Shown here piece after piece: positions 27,516-41,176 of a stretch of 64,000 nt of DNA (the first letter of the stretch is position 1; each line of letters opens with the position of its first letter). The position numbers and the translations under genes are program-made. The stretch is from assembly GCA_964035545.1 (NCBI GenBank), contig OZ037768.1, positions 2,822,741 through 2,886,740 of the forward strand, given 5' to 3'. The stretch is from Bugula neritina. Taxonomy: Eukaryota > Animalia > Bryozoa. Under the pieces are notes generated by a model. That model searched no databases, was not told the DNA's origin, and saw only the letters and a list, made by a program, of their open reading frames with translations.

Positions 27516-29001
27516 TCTACAGGTATTATAGTGCTCTATTTGCAAATGTTTTCCTAATGGTCTGATCATAAAATATAAACCCAAATATTCACGTTACAAT
27601 CACTATTATGTACTTTTTCATTAATATATTAGCACGGCTCTATATTTACAATTATGACTTGAGTAAGAAATGAGTAAGACTTGAACTTTTATTAAGTTTA
27701 GTTATAAGATGTGCTAAGGCTTCAAGTCCCACTATTTACTCTTATTGTACTCAAGTGTGACATTCAACTCAAAACAACATTTCTACTAACTGAAGGCTAT
27801 ATATTTATGATTCAATAAATATATATTTCAGATATTTAATAGAACTGAATTTAATAACCAAATTCCTTGAGTTACCTTTAAAGTCTATATATATTCTACT
27901 CTCTGCGTTATAGATGCGGAGTTAACTTAGCCTGAGTATCTACTAGTGAATCTACTAGTGATTTGTATGGGGCGTGCTTCTCTCCTGTCAATCTGTAAGA
28001 TCTCAAGAGAACTGACTTAATACTGATAACACTACTATACAGTATACTGTGTAACTATTTCATATTATATAATGCTACACCTTGTGAACATACCCTTGAA
28101 ATATGATTCTTATAGTTAATATCTACTAGTTGTGACTTTATTTCTATAAACTGAGTATATTTTGGTATCAATCAGTATAATGTACATTCTACAGAACTAT
28201 CTATACTTTATATATAACTATGTGTTGAGTTTATCTTCATACTTGTACGCATTATTGCACCATCAACTTGCAATGTCATTGAGTTGTGTATTTCTTGCAC
28301 AATATTTAATGGCAATATAATATATTGTTGTTTATTTATCATCTTGTTTTTTTATAGTAAAATATGCTGCTAACTTATTTGTTTATTACATATTTTATAA
28401 ATAAACAACATAGTATGTCCTATCCTGAAGAAGGAAGAGCTGGTATGGTTGTGTGTGCAACACGATATTATATAATATATACTCATAGCTAAATCTTCTT
28501 TCACCATGTGTTACAATAGCAATCACTTTTCTCTCTATAACAAGTGCCAGTAAATACTAAAGACACACTCTGTATTAACTAACAGTATAGCCCATACTAC
28601 AATACAGTACTTCCAACAGTAGATATAATGTATGTATTTCTAAGCTCTCAGTAATAAACACTAAAATATAATGTTTTGAGTAACCACTTTTTAGAAAGCA
28701 GAAATATTTTATATTGCAATAGAACATAATCATTATAGTAAACATAATAATAGTTAGTTTAAGAATGCTGTAAAAGCATCACTATTTGAAAGCTGCTCGA
28801 CTGCTTATTTCTTGCATCTTTCCATTTGAGTAGATATTCTGGTCTTGCTTCAGTAAAAGTCTTTCTAGTAATAATAAGATAGAGAAGAGTAAATAACAAT
28901 TTTCAACGAAAAAAGCTCAATTATGGTTTAACTGGAATCATCTACGAGTATTATTTGCAGTTTCTAAGCAGATTTCAATTATATTTTCATAGAAGATGTT
29001 T

Positions 29002-29340
29002 GACAATAATGATGTTATAGAAATCACAAACAGCTTTCTAAATATAAAAGAAGCATGTTGCCAATTTCTATAGAACCATAAAGTCTTATTAGGCATACTG
29101 TGCTTCAGCTTGTTTCTCTATCTTGTAGCTTCCTTCAACAAGCTGTGTGTGTGGTCCTAGTATCTGTGTGATGGTGTGGGTGGTCCTAGACTAGATGCGT
29201 GCTTTTGTGTGGCCCAGGACAGTGTCAGGAGTAATGTACTGGTAGCCATGTGCTCTCCTCATAAATAATGACTAGAACAGAATAGCTGGGTTGCAATAAC
29301 CAATAGAAAGTGGCTATTTCAATGCTGAAAGGGATTATTT
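29002..29340 (-). ncRNA. Older, inverted single-hairpin copy of the candidate miRNA unit with its promoter
   Basis: Minus strand reads gactttatggttctatagaaattggcaacatgcttcttttatatttagaaagctgtttgtgatttctataacatcattattgtc (29002-29085), preceded by CA-rich spacers and the conserved gccactttctattggtt promoter motif (~29297-29315). Confidence 0.5.
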
Positions 29341-32300
29341 TAGCGGTTTTTCTTTCCCAGAGACAGTTTCAAGCATCAGGAGGGCTACCATTAACTACCC
29401 AACCTACTTTTCTTTTGTTAAGCGAATTAAAATTTCCTCTGCATTCGACTATCAAGCCTTAAGCCTGTTAAGATCCTAAAGGCTACTAAATTAAAGACCT
29501 TAGAGCTTTGCTAAAACCAGATAGCCTGAAATAAAAGCTATTACCAATTGGGAAAAATTGCTTTTGTGCCAAATAAGAGCATTTGCTGCAACGTCAAATT
29601 TTAGTTGCTTAAATATATTTACATAGAACCTTCAGATAACTGGAGCTGGAGTACAGGTCACAACATGACGGTTTATTTTGTTATGCAAAATTAGGCTACC
29701 ACTTAAAAGAAGCACTTCTTTAAAGTACTGTGCATCTAATTTCTTCAGCTGACTTTCCCAGGAAGCTCAGCTAACAAATCCCATCATACTGGCGATTAGA
29801 ATTTCATTTGATTATATAACTTCTATTTGAATGTTTATGTTGAAGTTAAAGTGTTTATTTGAGCCTACTTTTACCACCGATAAGTTAGTTAGAGAAATGC
29901 ACCAAATTTTTATGTTAGCTTTCATTAAGGTTGTTTATTGTTCAGACTCCCTCTATTTAACTGCAATACACCATTCTACAGCTATTTGAAAGTTTTGGCG
30001 GCCTCTACTAGCTAGGTTGATGCTTAGCTTGGAAGGTGGAGTTAACCATATCAACAGGGCAATATTTCTAAAAGTGGCTAAAGTTGCAGGCATCTTTTTC
30101 TGTTAAAGATTGTAATCAAGCTTTCAAGCAAAACTTGGCTGTTGCAGCTTATTAAAAAAATTGAAAACTCTAGAAACTTATTCATCTTCTTATAGTTTTA
30201 TATTGTAATGTAGTAAATAGTCAGTGAAAACTCAATATTGTAATAGTTCAAACCTCTCTAATTGTAAGAAGTCTACGCATAAAACCAAAGTATAATATAT
30301 ATATATGGAAAAGATAATAATATATTACTAGCTATATTGAAACAAAATCAGCTTTTAGGACTGACTTGGCGTATGCTTTCCAGTACACCGTACACATTCT
30401 AGTCTACATTCTACACCATATAGTCTACATTCTACACATTATATAGTTTAAACTATACACATTCTACTCTAAACTCTACATATTATAGTCTAAACTCTAC
30501 ACATTCTAGTTTTCATTTTACATATAACCTTCCCTCTACAGTTTTCAGCTCACACTACATAATCTTCACTTTAAAGTCTTTATTTCACATTCTGCAGTTG
30601 ATTAAAAACCAGGCTGATTCAAATCAAAGTAGCCATAAACTCATTAGACGTTATGAGATCATCTACTCAGTCTGAGTCAGCATGGAGTCACATGCTGACT
30701 GCTATATGTGGCAGGCAGAGTAAATATAATTATGCATTATTATGTGCTACTTTTTGAGGTCTAAAACCAATATTATATATACTAATTTCTTACAGTAAAA
30801 ACTTATTATCTGTCCAACAGCAGAATTCGAAACTCTGCAGGCTTGAATTAGGAGAGGCAGGGTGACTAACCCAACCCTCAAATTGGGAATATTTTTGGTG
30901 AACAATCATAGTAAAGTAATAAAATGTTTGTATTATGGAAAAAAAACATAAAGTCTTAAGAATATTAAAATTAATATGCAGGCATTAAATATAGCTAGCT
31001 CTATTTTGTATAAATTATTTAAACCTGAATTTATTAAATTGTATTTTATCCATAGATATATTTTAACAGACCTAGTATAGTTTCTAAATTACAAAATTTA
31101 AAGGAGGGTAAAATATGCTTCAATTACAGCCTACAGCACAATCATTATAAAGGTTCCTAGAGGTGCACTAAAGACAATCCTGAGAAAATCCAGGTCTTTT
31201 TAGCATCTTAGTGCTAATATTTTAGACCACTCTGTTATTATATAAACAAGAATGGTGGGTTCCTGGAAAAGTCAACAAAAAGCTTTCTGGGCTGCATAAT
31301 AGCCAGTTAAATTACCATTGCTTTAGTATTAACATGTAATTTGCTATCATTATAATTTCAGTAATCCCTTTAGGTGCCTTTCCATTCTAACAGTTTCAGA
31401 ATAATTATTGTTTACTGCCAATTTCTACCAGAAGGAAACAGCAGCTCAGAAAACATTTGCTGGCTGTCTTTTGCTAAAATAGTTAATAGTTCATCCTTCT
31501 ATTTTGCTTTATTCAAGTTTCATTAAGTTTCTTATATTATTAAACAACTTTCTTTTTCGGAAATCTCACTTTCGTTGAAATGTTACTTATTGTACAAAGA
31601 AATATAAAATTCAGTTTAGATTTTAGAAAGCTGACTTGGCTAAAAGATTAGAATGCTGTTAAAGTAAAAAAATAGGTTTCATCCCAGATAGACCCTTCCC
31701 AAATATGTGCTATTTTTGTATTTTGGTGCAATATATATAGTAATATACTTATACGTATCTAATAGCTGCTATATTGATTGCTAAACATGACATAAAAAAA
31801 TGGATGTGTGAGACGAAATATAACAGTAATACATTAATAATAGACATTCACATTATCTTTAATAAATACTTATTAATTAAATGTTTTTTAAGCAACAAGA
31901 AGTATAGAAAATACAAAATAAATAAGTTAACGCATATCAAAAGAAAATTGCTAATGGCTTCTTTGCTTCTTATTATGTGCTAAATAACAAACAATTAATA
32001 CAAATTTATTTAAATATACATATATTTCAATAATATTTAAACAAATTGCACATAAAATACATATATTGTACCAAAATAAATACATAACATCTAACTGGGA
32101 AGCATCTATTTGGAATGACACTAAAAAGTATTAATAAATAGAGCATCATAATAATATGCTCTCACTTTAAAGTCAGAGATGGGTACTTCAATGATTGAGC
32201 ACTTCAACATTGCCACGAATTCAAGCAAAGGTTTTAAAGTCTAGACTTTAAAGTTATCTCAAGTACCCTGGCTAATTTATAATACTTAGTATTATAACTA

Positions 32301-32479
32301 TCAGCCCAAATACTTGCAAATTCATTTGAAAACTTTTATTAAGATTTTTATAATATTTATATTCTACCAAAAAATTATATTTGGTACTTCAGTCTACAAC
32401 AGCTTCAGCAGTACATCAATTTATTGTTGCATGGTAAACATAGCCATTATATTTTTCTGTTCTAGAACTTTCTTTCTGT

Positions 32480-32593
32480 GGGAAATGTCCCTCCCCTTCA
32501 GCATCCGAATGGCCACTTTCTATTGGTTCTTGCCCATGTCTCTTTGTTCTGGGTTACTATATAAGAGAAGTACATCGGCCTCTTCCAGCAGTT
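32480..32593 (+). promoter_or_regulatory. Pol II core promoter for hairpin array 1
   Basis: kappaB-like GGGAAATGTCCC at 32480, reverse CCAAT (ATTGG) at ~32522, TATATAAG at 32558, Inr-like GCAGTT with A at 32590 (32 nt from TATA). Confidence 0.55.
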
Positions 32594-32719
32594 GACCACA
32601 CATCACCACACAACGAGGGACCACACACCACTACTGCACACAGAGACTTGGACCACACACACAGATTGCTGAAAGAAACTGCAAGATGAAAATAGGAAAG
32701 CACACTGACTCAGCCAACA

Positions 32720-33660
32720 ATGCTCGATGGTGCTATAGAAATCATAAATATAAGCTTCTCTAATATTTAGAAAGCTGTTTGTGTTTTCTATAACACCATT
32801 ATTGTTAAACATCTTCTCTAACAGCATTGGGATGTCCATTTACAACACACCATCACAAAGTCTGAGGACACACACCATCACACCATCAAAGACCATACAC
32901 AGCACTTGGGAAAAAAAACTAGAAAGAGCAAGACATTATGGTTCTATAGAAATCATAAAACATGCTTCTTTTATATGTTGAAAGCTGTTTGTGTTTTCTA
33001 TAACATCATAACTGTCAAACATGGAAACTAGAAAATGCAAGACTTGATGGTGCTATAGATATCATAAACATAAGCTTCTTTTATATTTAGAAAGCTGTTT
33101 GTGTTTTCTATAGCACCATTATCGTCAAACATCTTCTCTAACAGCATTGAGATAGCTAATTACAGCACACCACCACAGAAGGTCTGGGGCCACACACCAT
33201 CACACCATCAAAGACCATACACAGCACTTGGGAAAAAAAACTAGAAAGAGCAAGACATTATGGTTCTATAGAAATCATAAAACATGCTTCTTTTATTTGT
33301 TGAAAGCTGTTTGTGTTTTCTATAACACCATACTTGTCAAACATGATCAATAAAATTCAGAAGAGAAAGGAATCTAGGCATTTAATTATAAACATGGCCA
33401 TTTACTATTGTTTACCTTTATTGTCACCCAACTATTTGTTTTGATGCTCTTCTCAAAATATTATTTTCTTTATTCTGAAGCTGACCACACACCATCACAG
33501 AAAGTCTGGGGCCACACACCATCACACAGAAACTTAGACCACACACAGGTTGGGGGAGAATGCTGGAAAGGGCAAGACTTTATTGGTTCTATAGATATCA
33601 TACAAGTGTTTCTTTTATATTTAGAAAACCTTTTGTGATATCTATAACATCATTACTGTC
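32720..33660 (+). ncRNA. Candidate pri-miRNA cluster 1 (5 hairpins)
   Basis: Hairpins ~32720-32806, 32932-33016, 33041-33126, 33254-33338 and 33576-33660, with long stems, separated by CA-rich spacers; no ORF conserved between copies. Confidence 0.6.
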
Positions 33661-33898
33661 AAACATCTTCTAAGCAAGTAAATATAAATCTTCATGGGAG
33701 AGATGCCAGAAGGTTTCAACACAATCCAAAGAGATGGCAACATTTGGGGAAGCAGCATTTCTAAATAATAATTTAAAGTTGTACTACTAGCAGTTTGGGC
33801 TTTCCTATTAGGGATCATTGTTAATATAAAAAAAGGGATCTATTAAATTTATAAATATGCATCCTTTTGTAAAATTACAATTTTATTTTTGATAATAG

Positions 33899-34206
33899 TG
33901 TGGTGGCTCGTGGAGCTACCAGCAGCACAATACGCAGGGTTGCTTAATTGACCCGGAACAATAGACAGCCAATTAGCGGCTTTCATAGTTAGTAGCAGTA
34001 GTTAGTTTTCAGCTGTTAGTCAGTCGAAGTTAGGGTGCTGAATAATCTAGATGTGTAGAATTATTGAATGCATTTGTATAGTTTTTGTAATGTGTTCTTG
34101 TGCCTAAAATATATACTCGTTCACTCGACTTATCCTGGTGAAGTTCCCTAGCAAGTAAATAGACTCTCTGGATTGCATATCAACCCTAATTCTGAAAATC
34201 ATAACA
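33899..34206. mobile_element. Solo-LTR-like insertion (308 bp) unique to unit 1
   Basis: TG...CA ends (TGTGGTG...CATAACA), near-TSD ATAG/ATAC; absent at the paralogous sites (~39575, ~44945). Confidence 0.65.
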
Positions 34207-34596
34207 ATACTTTATGATAATAAATTTATTTATGTTTTTGCTTATTTAACATTTACATATTAACTTTAAATAACAGCATAAGCAGTGCAAATATATGAAA
34301 TAAATTTTAAAACCAAAATGTGAAACAATCTTTTACACAAAAATTATACATGATAGCAAACTTATAGATATAATGCATAGACATGAAAAAATTCTAGAAA
34401 GATACAGGTTTATTATTTAAACTATGAAGATGTATAACTTGGTGAAATCAACCATTAACAAAATGTTTAAAAGCTGCATTACTGATGAATTTAAATGGGT
34501 GCACATAAATTTTAGGTTTTGTTTATTGACTTTAATAAGAATGAGCTGTAACATCAAGCGTTGTCTTTCCCCCTATGCAAATGGCAGCTAACTCAC

Positions 34597-35191
34597 TCTC
34601 CACAAGAGCGAGCCTGGTACTCATCATCAGTACCAGGTGGTGTGAATGTACTCAGCATCTCTGTTCTATCAGAATTGTCCACCCCTGCTATTAAAAAGCC
34701 CCTGTAGCCCTCTTTTTTCTTCTTATGCATTTCAATGGTTACTAAAGAATAAATAAATAACAGAATATAGTGAGTTTTCTAGAACAGTATCATAGCTAGC
34801 TGAGCACTGTTTGCAATGAAATATATACCCCAGAATTTGCATTTTAAATTTTTGCTATACCTACCAAATATAAATTGTTTGTCCTCTTTTTAAAAAATTG
34901 TGATGCATTATTTAAAAAAGCTTACCTAATTATACAAGAGTAACATGAATTTTTGAAGACAAACCAGTTTTATTTTATCAGTAAATGCTCACCAGTTATA
35001 GTGCTGTTTGTTATTTCACAGGTGGAGGTAATTTTATAAGAAGGGGTTGTAGACTGGGGTTCTACATTATGGAGAGGTTGAAGAAAGTTTGGCCCTGCGA
35101 AACAGACTATCTGAGGAGCACCAGTGCTTAGAGACTCAGCTAAGGTGGCAATACCAACCAGTAGTATCAGGGGAGTGAGTGGGTGGTTCAT
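34597..35191 (-). pseudogene. Reeler-domain gene copy 1, truncated
   Basis: Exon 1 (34993-35191) and exon 2 (34597-34741) present; the ~640 bp carrying exons 3-4 in the paralogues is deleted at ~34388. Confidence 0.8.
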
Positions 35192-35835
35192 GATTCTCAG
35201 TTACTATCTCCCTGTAAATACAACATGCATCTACCTGTAAGTGCAATGTGTATCAAATAATTATATTTATTATGAAGATAAACACCTGTGCACATAATAA
35301 TAACAAATGCTAGTATTATAATAGGAAGTTGTTAGTTTGATAATTTGTTATACATAGTTATAATACATTAGTTTTTTTTAAAATGTAATGTATCAATGTA
35401 TACTGAAACGATTTCAGTTAATAATGAATTTAGAAAACAACTTGTAACTTTATAGCAGCATTAAAACCTATTATTGATAATAAAGTTCTAAAATATTATG
35501 CAGATATTTTTGGAAGATTGAGAATAAAATCTTTTTTGTGAGTTGAGTTGAGAGCAAACTTTTCATCATTTTGGATGTTGTTGACTCAACTTAATAAACT
35601 GTATAACTTTCTGAGTCCTTTAGTGCTTTGTAAATTTACTAGAATCTAATTAGCCTACCAACTTCAACCTATAATTATCAGCTTACTAGTTCATAGTATG
35701 GTATGGCTACTTAGAAAACTGCACCTAAATTTATAATTCCAATAATTAAACTGCAGAGTCTACACATTCTATTCTAAACTCTACACATTATGGTCTATAA
35801 CTCTACACATTCTAGTTTTCATTTCACATATAACC

Positions 35836-36247
35836 TGTAGCGTTTTGATCATTTTTTTTATTGTAGTACTCACTACTGCATACCATTCACCCTTACATTC
35901 ACTAGCTACTCACATAGCCACAGCTTTTTCTTAAACCACAAATAGCTTTGTTTTCATTATTGCAATGCAATGATTTTGCTAACAGAATAGCTGTCAGCTT
36001 TTTATAGCTTGTAGCAAAGTTATAATAGCTAAGGTGTTTTATGCCTTCATTTCTCTACTGACTGTTGCAGTTCTAACTAGTCATTCTTTATTTGATTAAA
36101 CTTTCACCGTCACAATTTTATATACTTAATTCTAACTCTCCCCAGGAAGGGTAATAGAGTTTCACGTTGGTTACCAGTTAGTTAAATAAATATCAACAAA
36201 ACACCAGCAGTGCAACCTGTTATCAATAAACTGGGGTAGACGTTACA
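35836..36247 (-). mobile_element. Solo LTR (412 bp, 5-bp TSD)
   Basis: TGTAGCG...CGTTACA termini, TSD TAACC (35831-35 / 36248-52); empty site in the other units (~30525, ~41823); minus-strand TATAAA ~36001-36006 and AATAAA ~35857-35862. Confidence 0.8.
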
Positions 36248-38177
36248 TAACCTTCCCTCTACAGTTTTCAGCTCACACTACATAACCTTCACTTTAAAAT
36301 CTCTATTTCACGTTCTACAGTTGATTAAAGTCCAGGCAGATCCAAATCAAAAATAGCCATAAATACATCAGATGATATGAGATCCTCTACTCAGTCTCTG
36401 TCAGCATGGAGTCACATGCTGACTGTTATATGTAGCAGAGAGGTTAAATATGCAGTATTTAATACAATTCTTTGAGTTTCAAAACTAGTGTTATATATAT
36501 ATACTAATTTCTTACAGTGAGAACTTGTAATCTGTCCAACAGTAGAAATTGCAACTCTGTAGGTTTGATTTAGGAAAGGGAGGGTGACTAACCCAACCCT
36601 TGAGTTTGGAATATTTTTACTAAACAATCATTAAAGTAATAAAATGTTTGTATTCTAGAAAAAAAAGCCTAAAGTCTTAAAAGTATTGAAGTTAGTATGC
36701 AGGCATTAACCATAAATTTATATTGTAAAAATTATTTAAACCTGAATTCATTAAATTTTATTTTATTTATAGATATATTTTAACAGACCTAGTATAGTTT
36801 CCAAGTTACAAAATTCAAATGGAAGTAAAATATGCTTCAATTACAGCCTACAGCACAATCATTATAAAGGTTTATAGAGGTGCACGAAAGACAATCCTGA
36901 GAAAATCCAGGTCATTTTAGCATCTTAGTGCTAACATTTTAGACCACTCTGTTATTACGTAAAGGTTTATAGAGGGCTTTCTGGGCTGCATAATAGCCAG
37001 TTAAATTACCATTGCTTGGGTATTAACATGTAATTTGCTATCATTATAATTTCAGTAATCCCTTTAGGTGTCTTTCCATTCTAGCAGTTTCAGAATAATT
37101 ATTGTTTACCATCAACTTCTACCGGAAGCAAACAAAAGGTCAGAAAACCTTGGCTGGCTGTCTTCTGCTAAAATAGTTAATAATTCATTCTTCTATTTTG
37201 CTTTATTTAAGTTTTTTTAAGTTTCTTATATTATTAAACAACTTTCCAGAAATCTCACTTTCTTTGAAATGTTACGTATTGTACAAAGAAATATGAAACT
37301 CAGTTTAGATTTTAGAAAGCTGACTTGGCTAAAAGATTAGAATGCTGCTAGAATAAAAAAATATGTTTCATCCCAGATAGACCCTTCCCAGTTATGCGAT
37401 ATTTTTGTATTTTGGTGTAATATATATAGTAATATATCTACATATATGTATATAATAGCTGTTGTATTTATTGTTAAATTTGAAATAGTGGAAAATATGG
37501 ATGTGTGGGACAAAATAAAACAGTAATACATTATTAATAAACATTCACATTGTCTTTAATAAATACTTAATAATGAAATATTTTCTTAAGCAACAAGAAG
37601 TATAGAAAATACAAAATAAGTCAATTAATGCATGTCAAAAAAAATTGCTAATAGCTTCTTTGCTTCTTACTATGTGCTAAACAACAAACAATTGATACAA
37701 ATTTATTTAAATATACATATATTTCAATAATATTTAAACAAATTGCACATGAAATACATATATTGTACCAAAATTATTAAATATTATCTAACTGGGAGGC
37801 ATCTATCTGGAATGACACCAAAAAGTATTAATAAATAGAGCATCATAATAATATGCTCTCACTTTAAAGTCAGAGATGGGTACTTCAGGGATTGAGCTCT
37901 TCAACATTGCCAGGAATTCAAGCAAAGGTTTTAAAGTCTAGACTTTAAAGTTATCTCAAGTACCCTGGCTAAATTTACATACTTAGTATTATAACTATCA
38001 GCCCAAATGCTTGCAAATTCATTTGAAAACTTTTATTAAGATTTTTACAACATTTATATTCTACCAAATAATTATATTTGGTACTTCAGTCTAAAACAGC
38101 TTCAGCAGTACATCAATTTATTATTGCATGGTAAATATAGCCATTGTATTTTTCTCTTCTAGAACTTTCTTTCTGTG

Positions 38178-38290
38178 GTAAATGTCCCTCCCCTTCAGCA
38201 TCCGAATGGCCACTTTCTATTGGTTCTTGCCCCTGTCTCTTTGTTCTGGGTTACTATATAAGAGAAGTACATTGGCCTTTTCCAGCAGTT
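38178..38290 (+). promoter_or_regulatory. Pol II core promoter for hairpin array 2
   Basis: ATTGG at ~38219, TATATAAG at 38255, GCAGTT with A at 38287; kappaB-like site mutated (GGTAAATGTCCC). Confidence 0.5.
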
Positions 38291-38409
38291 GACCACACAC
38301 CATCACACAGACTGGGACCACATCATCATGAAGAGACTTGGACCACACACACAGATTGCTGAAAGAAACTGCAAGATGGAAGTAGGAAAGCACACTGACT
38401 CAGCCAACA

Positions 38410-39333
38410 ATGCTTGATGGTGCTATAGACATCATAAACATAGCTTCTTTTATATTTAGAAAGCTGTTTGTGTTTTCTATAACACCATTATTGTTACACA
38501 TCTTCTCTACTAGCATTGGGATGGCCATTTACAACACACCACCAGAGTCATCACACAGCTTAGGAAAGGAATCTGGAAAGGCAAGACTTTATGGTTCTAT
38601 AGAAATCATAAAATTGCTTCTCTCATATTTAGAAAGCTGTTTGTGTTTTCTATAACATCATAACTGTCAAACATGGAAACTAGAAAAGGCAAGACTTGAT
38701 GGTTGTAATAGAAATCATAACTGTGCTTCTTTTATATTCAGAAAGCCACTTGTGTTTTCTATAACACCATTAATTTTAAACATCTTCTCTAACAGCATTG
38801 AGATGGCCATTTACAGCACACCACCACAGAAAGCCTGGGGCCACACACTATCACACCGTCTAAGACCACACATAAGACTTGGGAAAGAAAACTAGAAAGA
38901 GCAAGACATTATGGTTCTATAGAAATCATAAAACATGCTTCTTTTATATGTAGAAAGCTGTTTGTGTTTTCTATAACACTATAATTGTCAAGTATCATCT
39001 ATAAAATTCAAAGAACAAAGAATCTAGACATATAATTATAACAGCATAAAAATAGCCATTTACTATTGTTGAACTTTATTTGTTTTGATGCTCTTCTTAA
39101 AATAATATTATTATTTTGAGAAGAGATTCAGATATTACTTTCTTTATTCTAAAGCTGACCACACACAATCACAGAGAGTCTGGGGCCACACACCACCACA
39201 CAGAAACTTAGACCACACACAGTTTGGGGGAGAATGCTAGAAAGGGCAAAACTTTATGGTTCTATAGATATCATACAAGTGTTTCTTTTATATTTAGAAA
39301 ACCTTTTGTGATTTCTATAACATCATTACTGCC
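38410..39333 (+). ncRNA. Candidate pri-miRNA cluster 2 (5 hairpins)
   Basis: Hairpins ~38410-38495, 38585-38668, 38693-38775, 38905-38989 and 39250-39333. Confidence 0.6.
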
Positions 39334-39967
39334 AATCATCTTCTAAGCAAGTAAATATAAATCTTCATAGAAGAACTGCCAGAAGATTTCAACACAATCC
39401 GAAGAGATAGCAACATTTGGAGAAGCAGCATTTCTAAAAAAAATATATATAGTTTAAAGTTATACTACTAGCAGTTTGGGCTTTCATATTTAATATTATT
39501 GTTGATAAATAAGAGAAATTTATTAAATTTATAAACATGCATATTTCTGTAAGATTGTAATTTTATTGTTGATATTCATAGTAAATTAATTTATGTTTCA
39601 TATCAACTCTATGTAACAACATAAGCAGTGCAAATATGAAATAAATTTTAAAATCAAAATGTGAAACAATCTTCTACACAAAAATCATACATGATAACAA
39701 ACTTATAGATATAATATATAGACATGAACAAGTATATCTAATATAAAACTAATTGTGTCATGTAAAACAGTCTGATACAATAACTCACTCCGTGGTAAAC
39801 CTAGCTTTGTTACATAAATTATAGAAGTAGTTGAATTACTAAAAAAAATTTCTTTTTTTATTATTTCTTCAAAACTTGACAATATATTACATGATAACTT
39901 ATGTCTAACTTTTTTGCTCCTAAATTTAGTTGCTAAGGCATATCTTGCTGCATTTTGAAACATTTCT

Positions 39968-41176
39968 TCAGCTGGATAATTTGTTTGGTATCTCACAGCA
40001 GGGTACTACATCCATGTTCCACCATTTGTCTTTTCTTTTCACTATCACAGTTCTAAAATTTGAAAAAAAAACAACAATCCTGCAAAAATCTGAAAGCTAA
40101 GTTGTATGAGTCAGATATTAAATAGCCGTACCTGAAACACACTTTCTTTCCAACTGCTTCCCTTGGAACTATCCAGTTTAGACTTAAATCATATTTTTTC
40201 TTTGAGTTATTTATGTGGGTGGCATAATCAGCCCTGCAACAAGCCAATAATTATTATAAAACTGTGCAATAAAATTTATTTGTATTGCATTACATAAATA
40301 CTTCTCAATACATTTAATGAAGTATTAAGTAAGAATAGGTTTTTCTACAGCAGTATACATGCACAAAGCAAAATTTTAAAAAGATACAGTTTATTATTTA
40401 GACTATGAAAATGTGTAATTTGGTAAAATCAACAATAAAAATCTTTTTAGAAACTACATTAATGATGAATCTAAATGAGTAAATTTCAGGTTTCATGTAT
40501 TTATAAAAAATTGATTTTAATAAGAATGAGCTGTAACATCAAGAGTTGTCTTTCCCCCTATGCAAATGGCAGCTAACTCACCCTCCACAAGAGCGAACCT
40601 GGTACTCATCATCAGTACCAGGTAGTGAATGTACCCAGCATCTCTGCTCTATCAGAATTGTCCACCCTTGCTATTAACAAGCCCCTGTAGCCTTCTTTTT
40701 TCTTTTTATGCATTTCAATGGTCACTAAAAAATAAATAAATAACAGAATATAGTGAGTTTTCTAGAACAGTATCATAGCTAGCTGAGCACTGTTAGCACT
40801 GAAATATATACCACAGAATTTGCATTTTAAATTTTTGCTATACCTACCAAATATAACTTTGTTGTCCTCTTTTTAAAAAATAGTGATGCATTATTTAGAA
40901 GAGCTGACCTAATTATACAAGAGTAACATGAATTTTTGAAGACAGTCAGTTTTATTTTATCAGTAAACGCTCACCAGTTATGGTGTTTTTTGTGATTTCA
41001 CAGGTGGAGGTAATTTTATAAGAAGGGTTTGTAGACTGGGGTTCTACATTATGGAGAAGTTGAAGAAAGTTTGGCCCTGAGAAACAGACTATCTGAGGAG
41101 CACCAGTGCTTAGAGACTCTGCTAAGGTGGCAATACCAACCAGTAGTATCAGGGGAGTGAGGAGTTGATTCATCAT
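39968..41176 (-). pseudogene. Reeler-domain gene copy 2, frameshifted
   Basis: All four exons present, but exon 2 has ggtagtgaatg where copies 1 and 3 have ggtggtgtgaatg (2-nt loss at ~40624), giving ...GTFTTWY* (TGA at 40612-14). Confidence 0.8.

Noticed and set aside
32600-33660. CRISPR-like repeat-spacer appearance of the hairpin arrays
   Set aside because: Eukaryotic context, repeats ~85 nt, spacers are themselves homologous and there are no cas genes.
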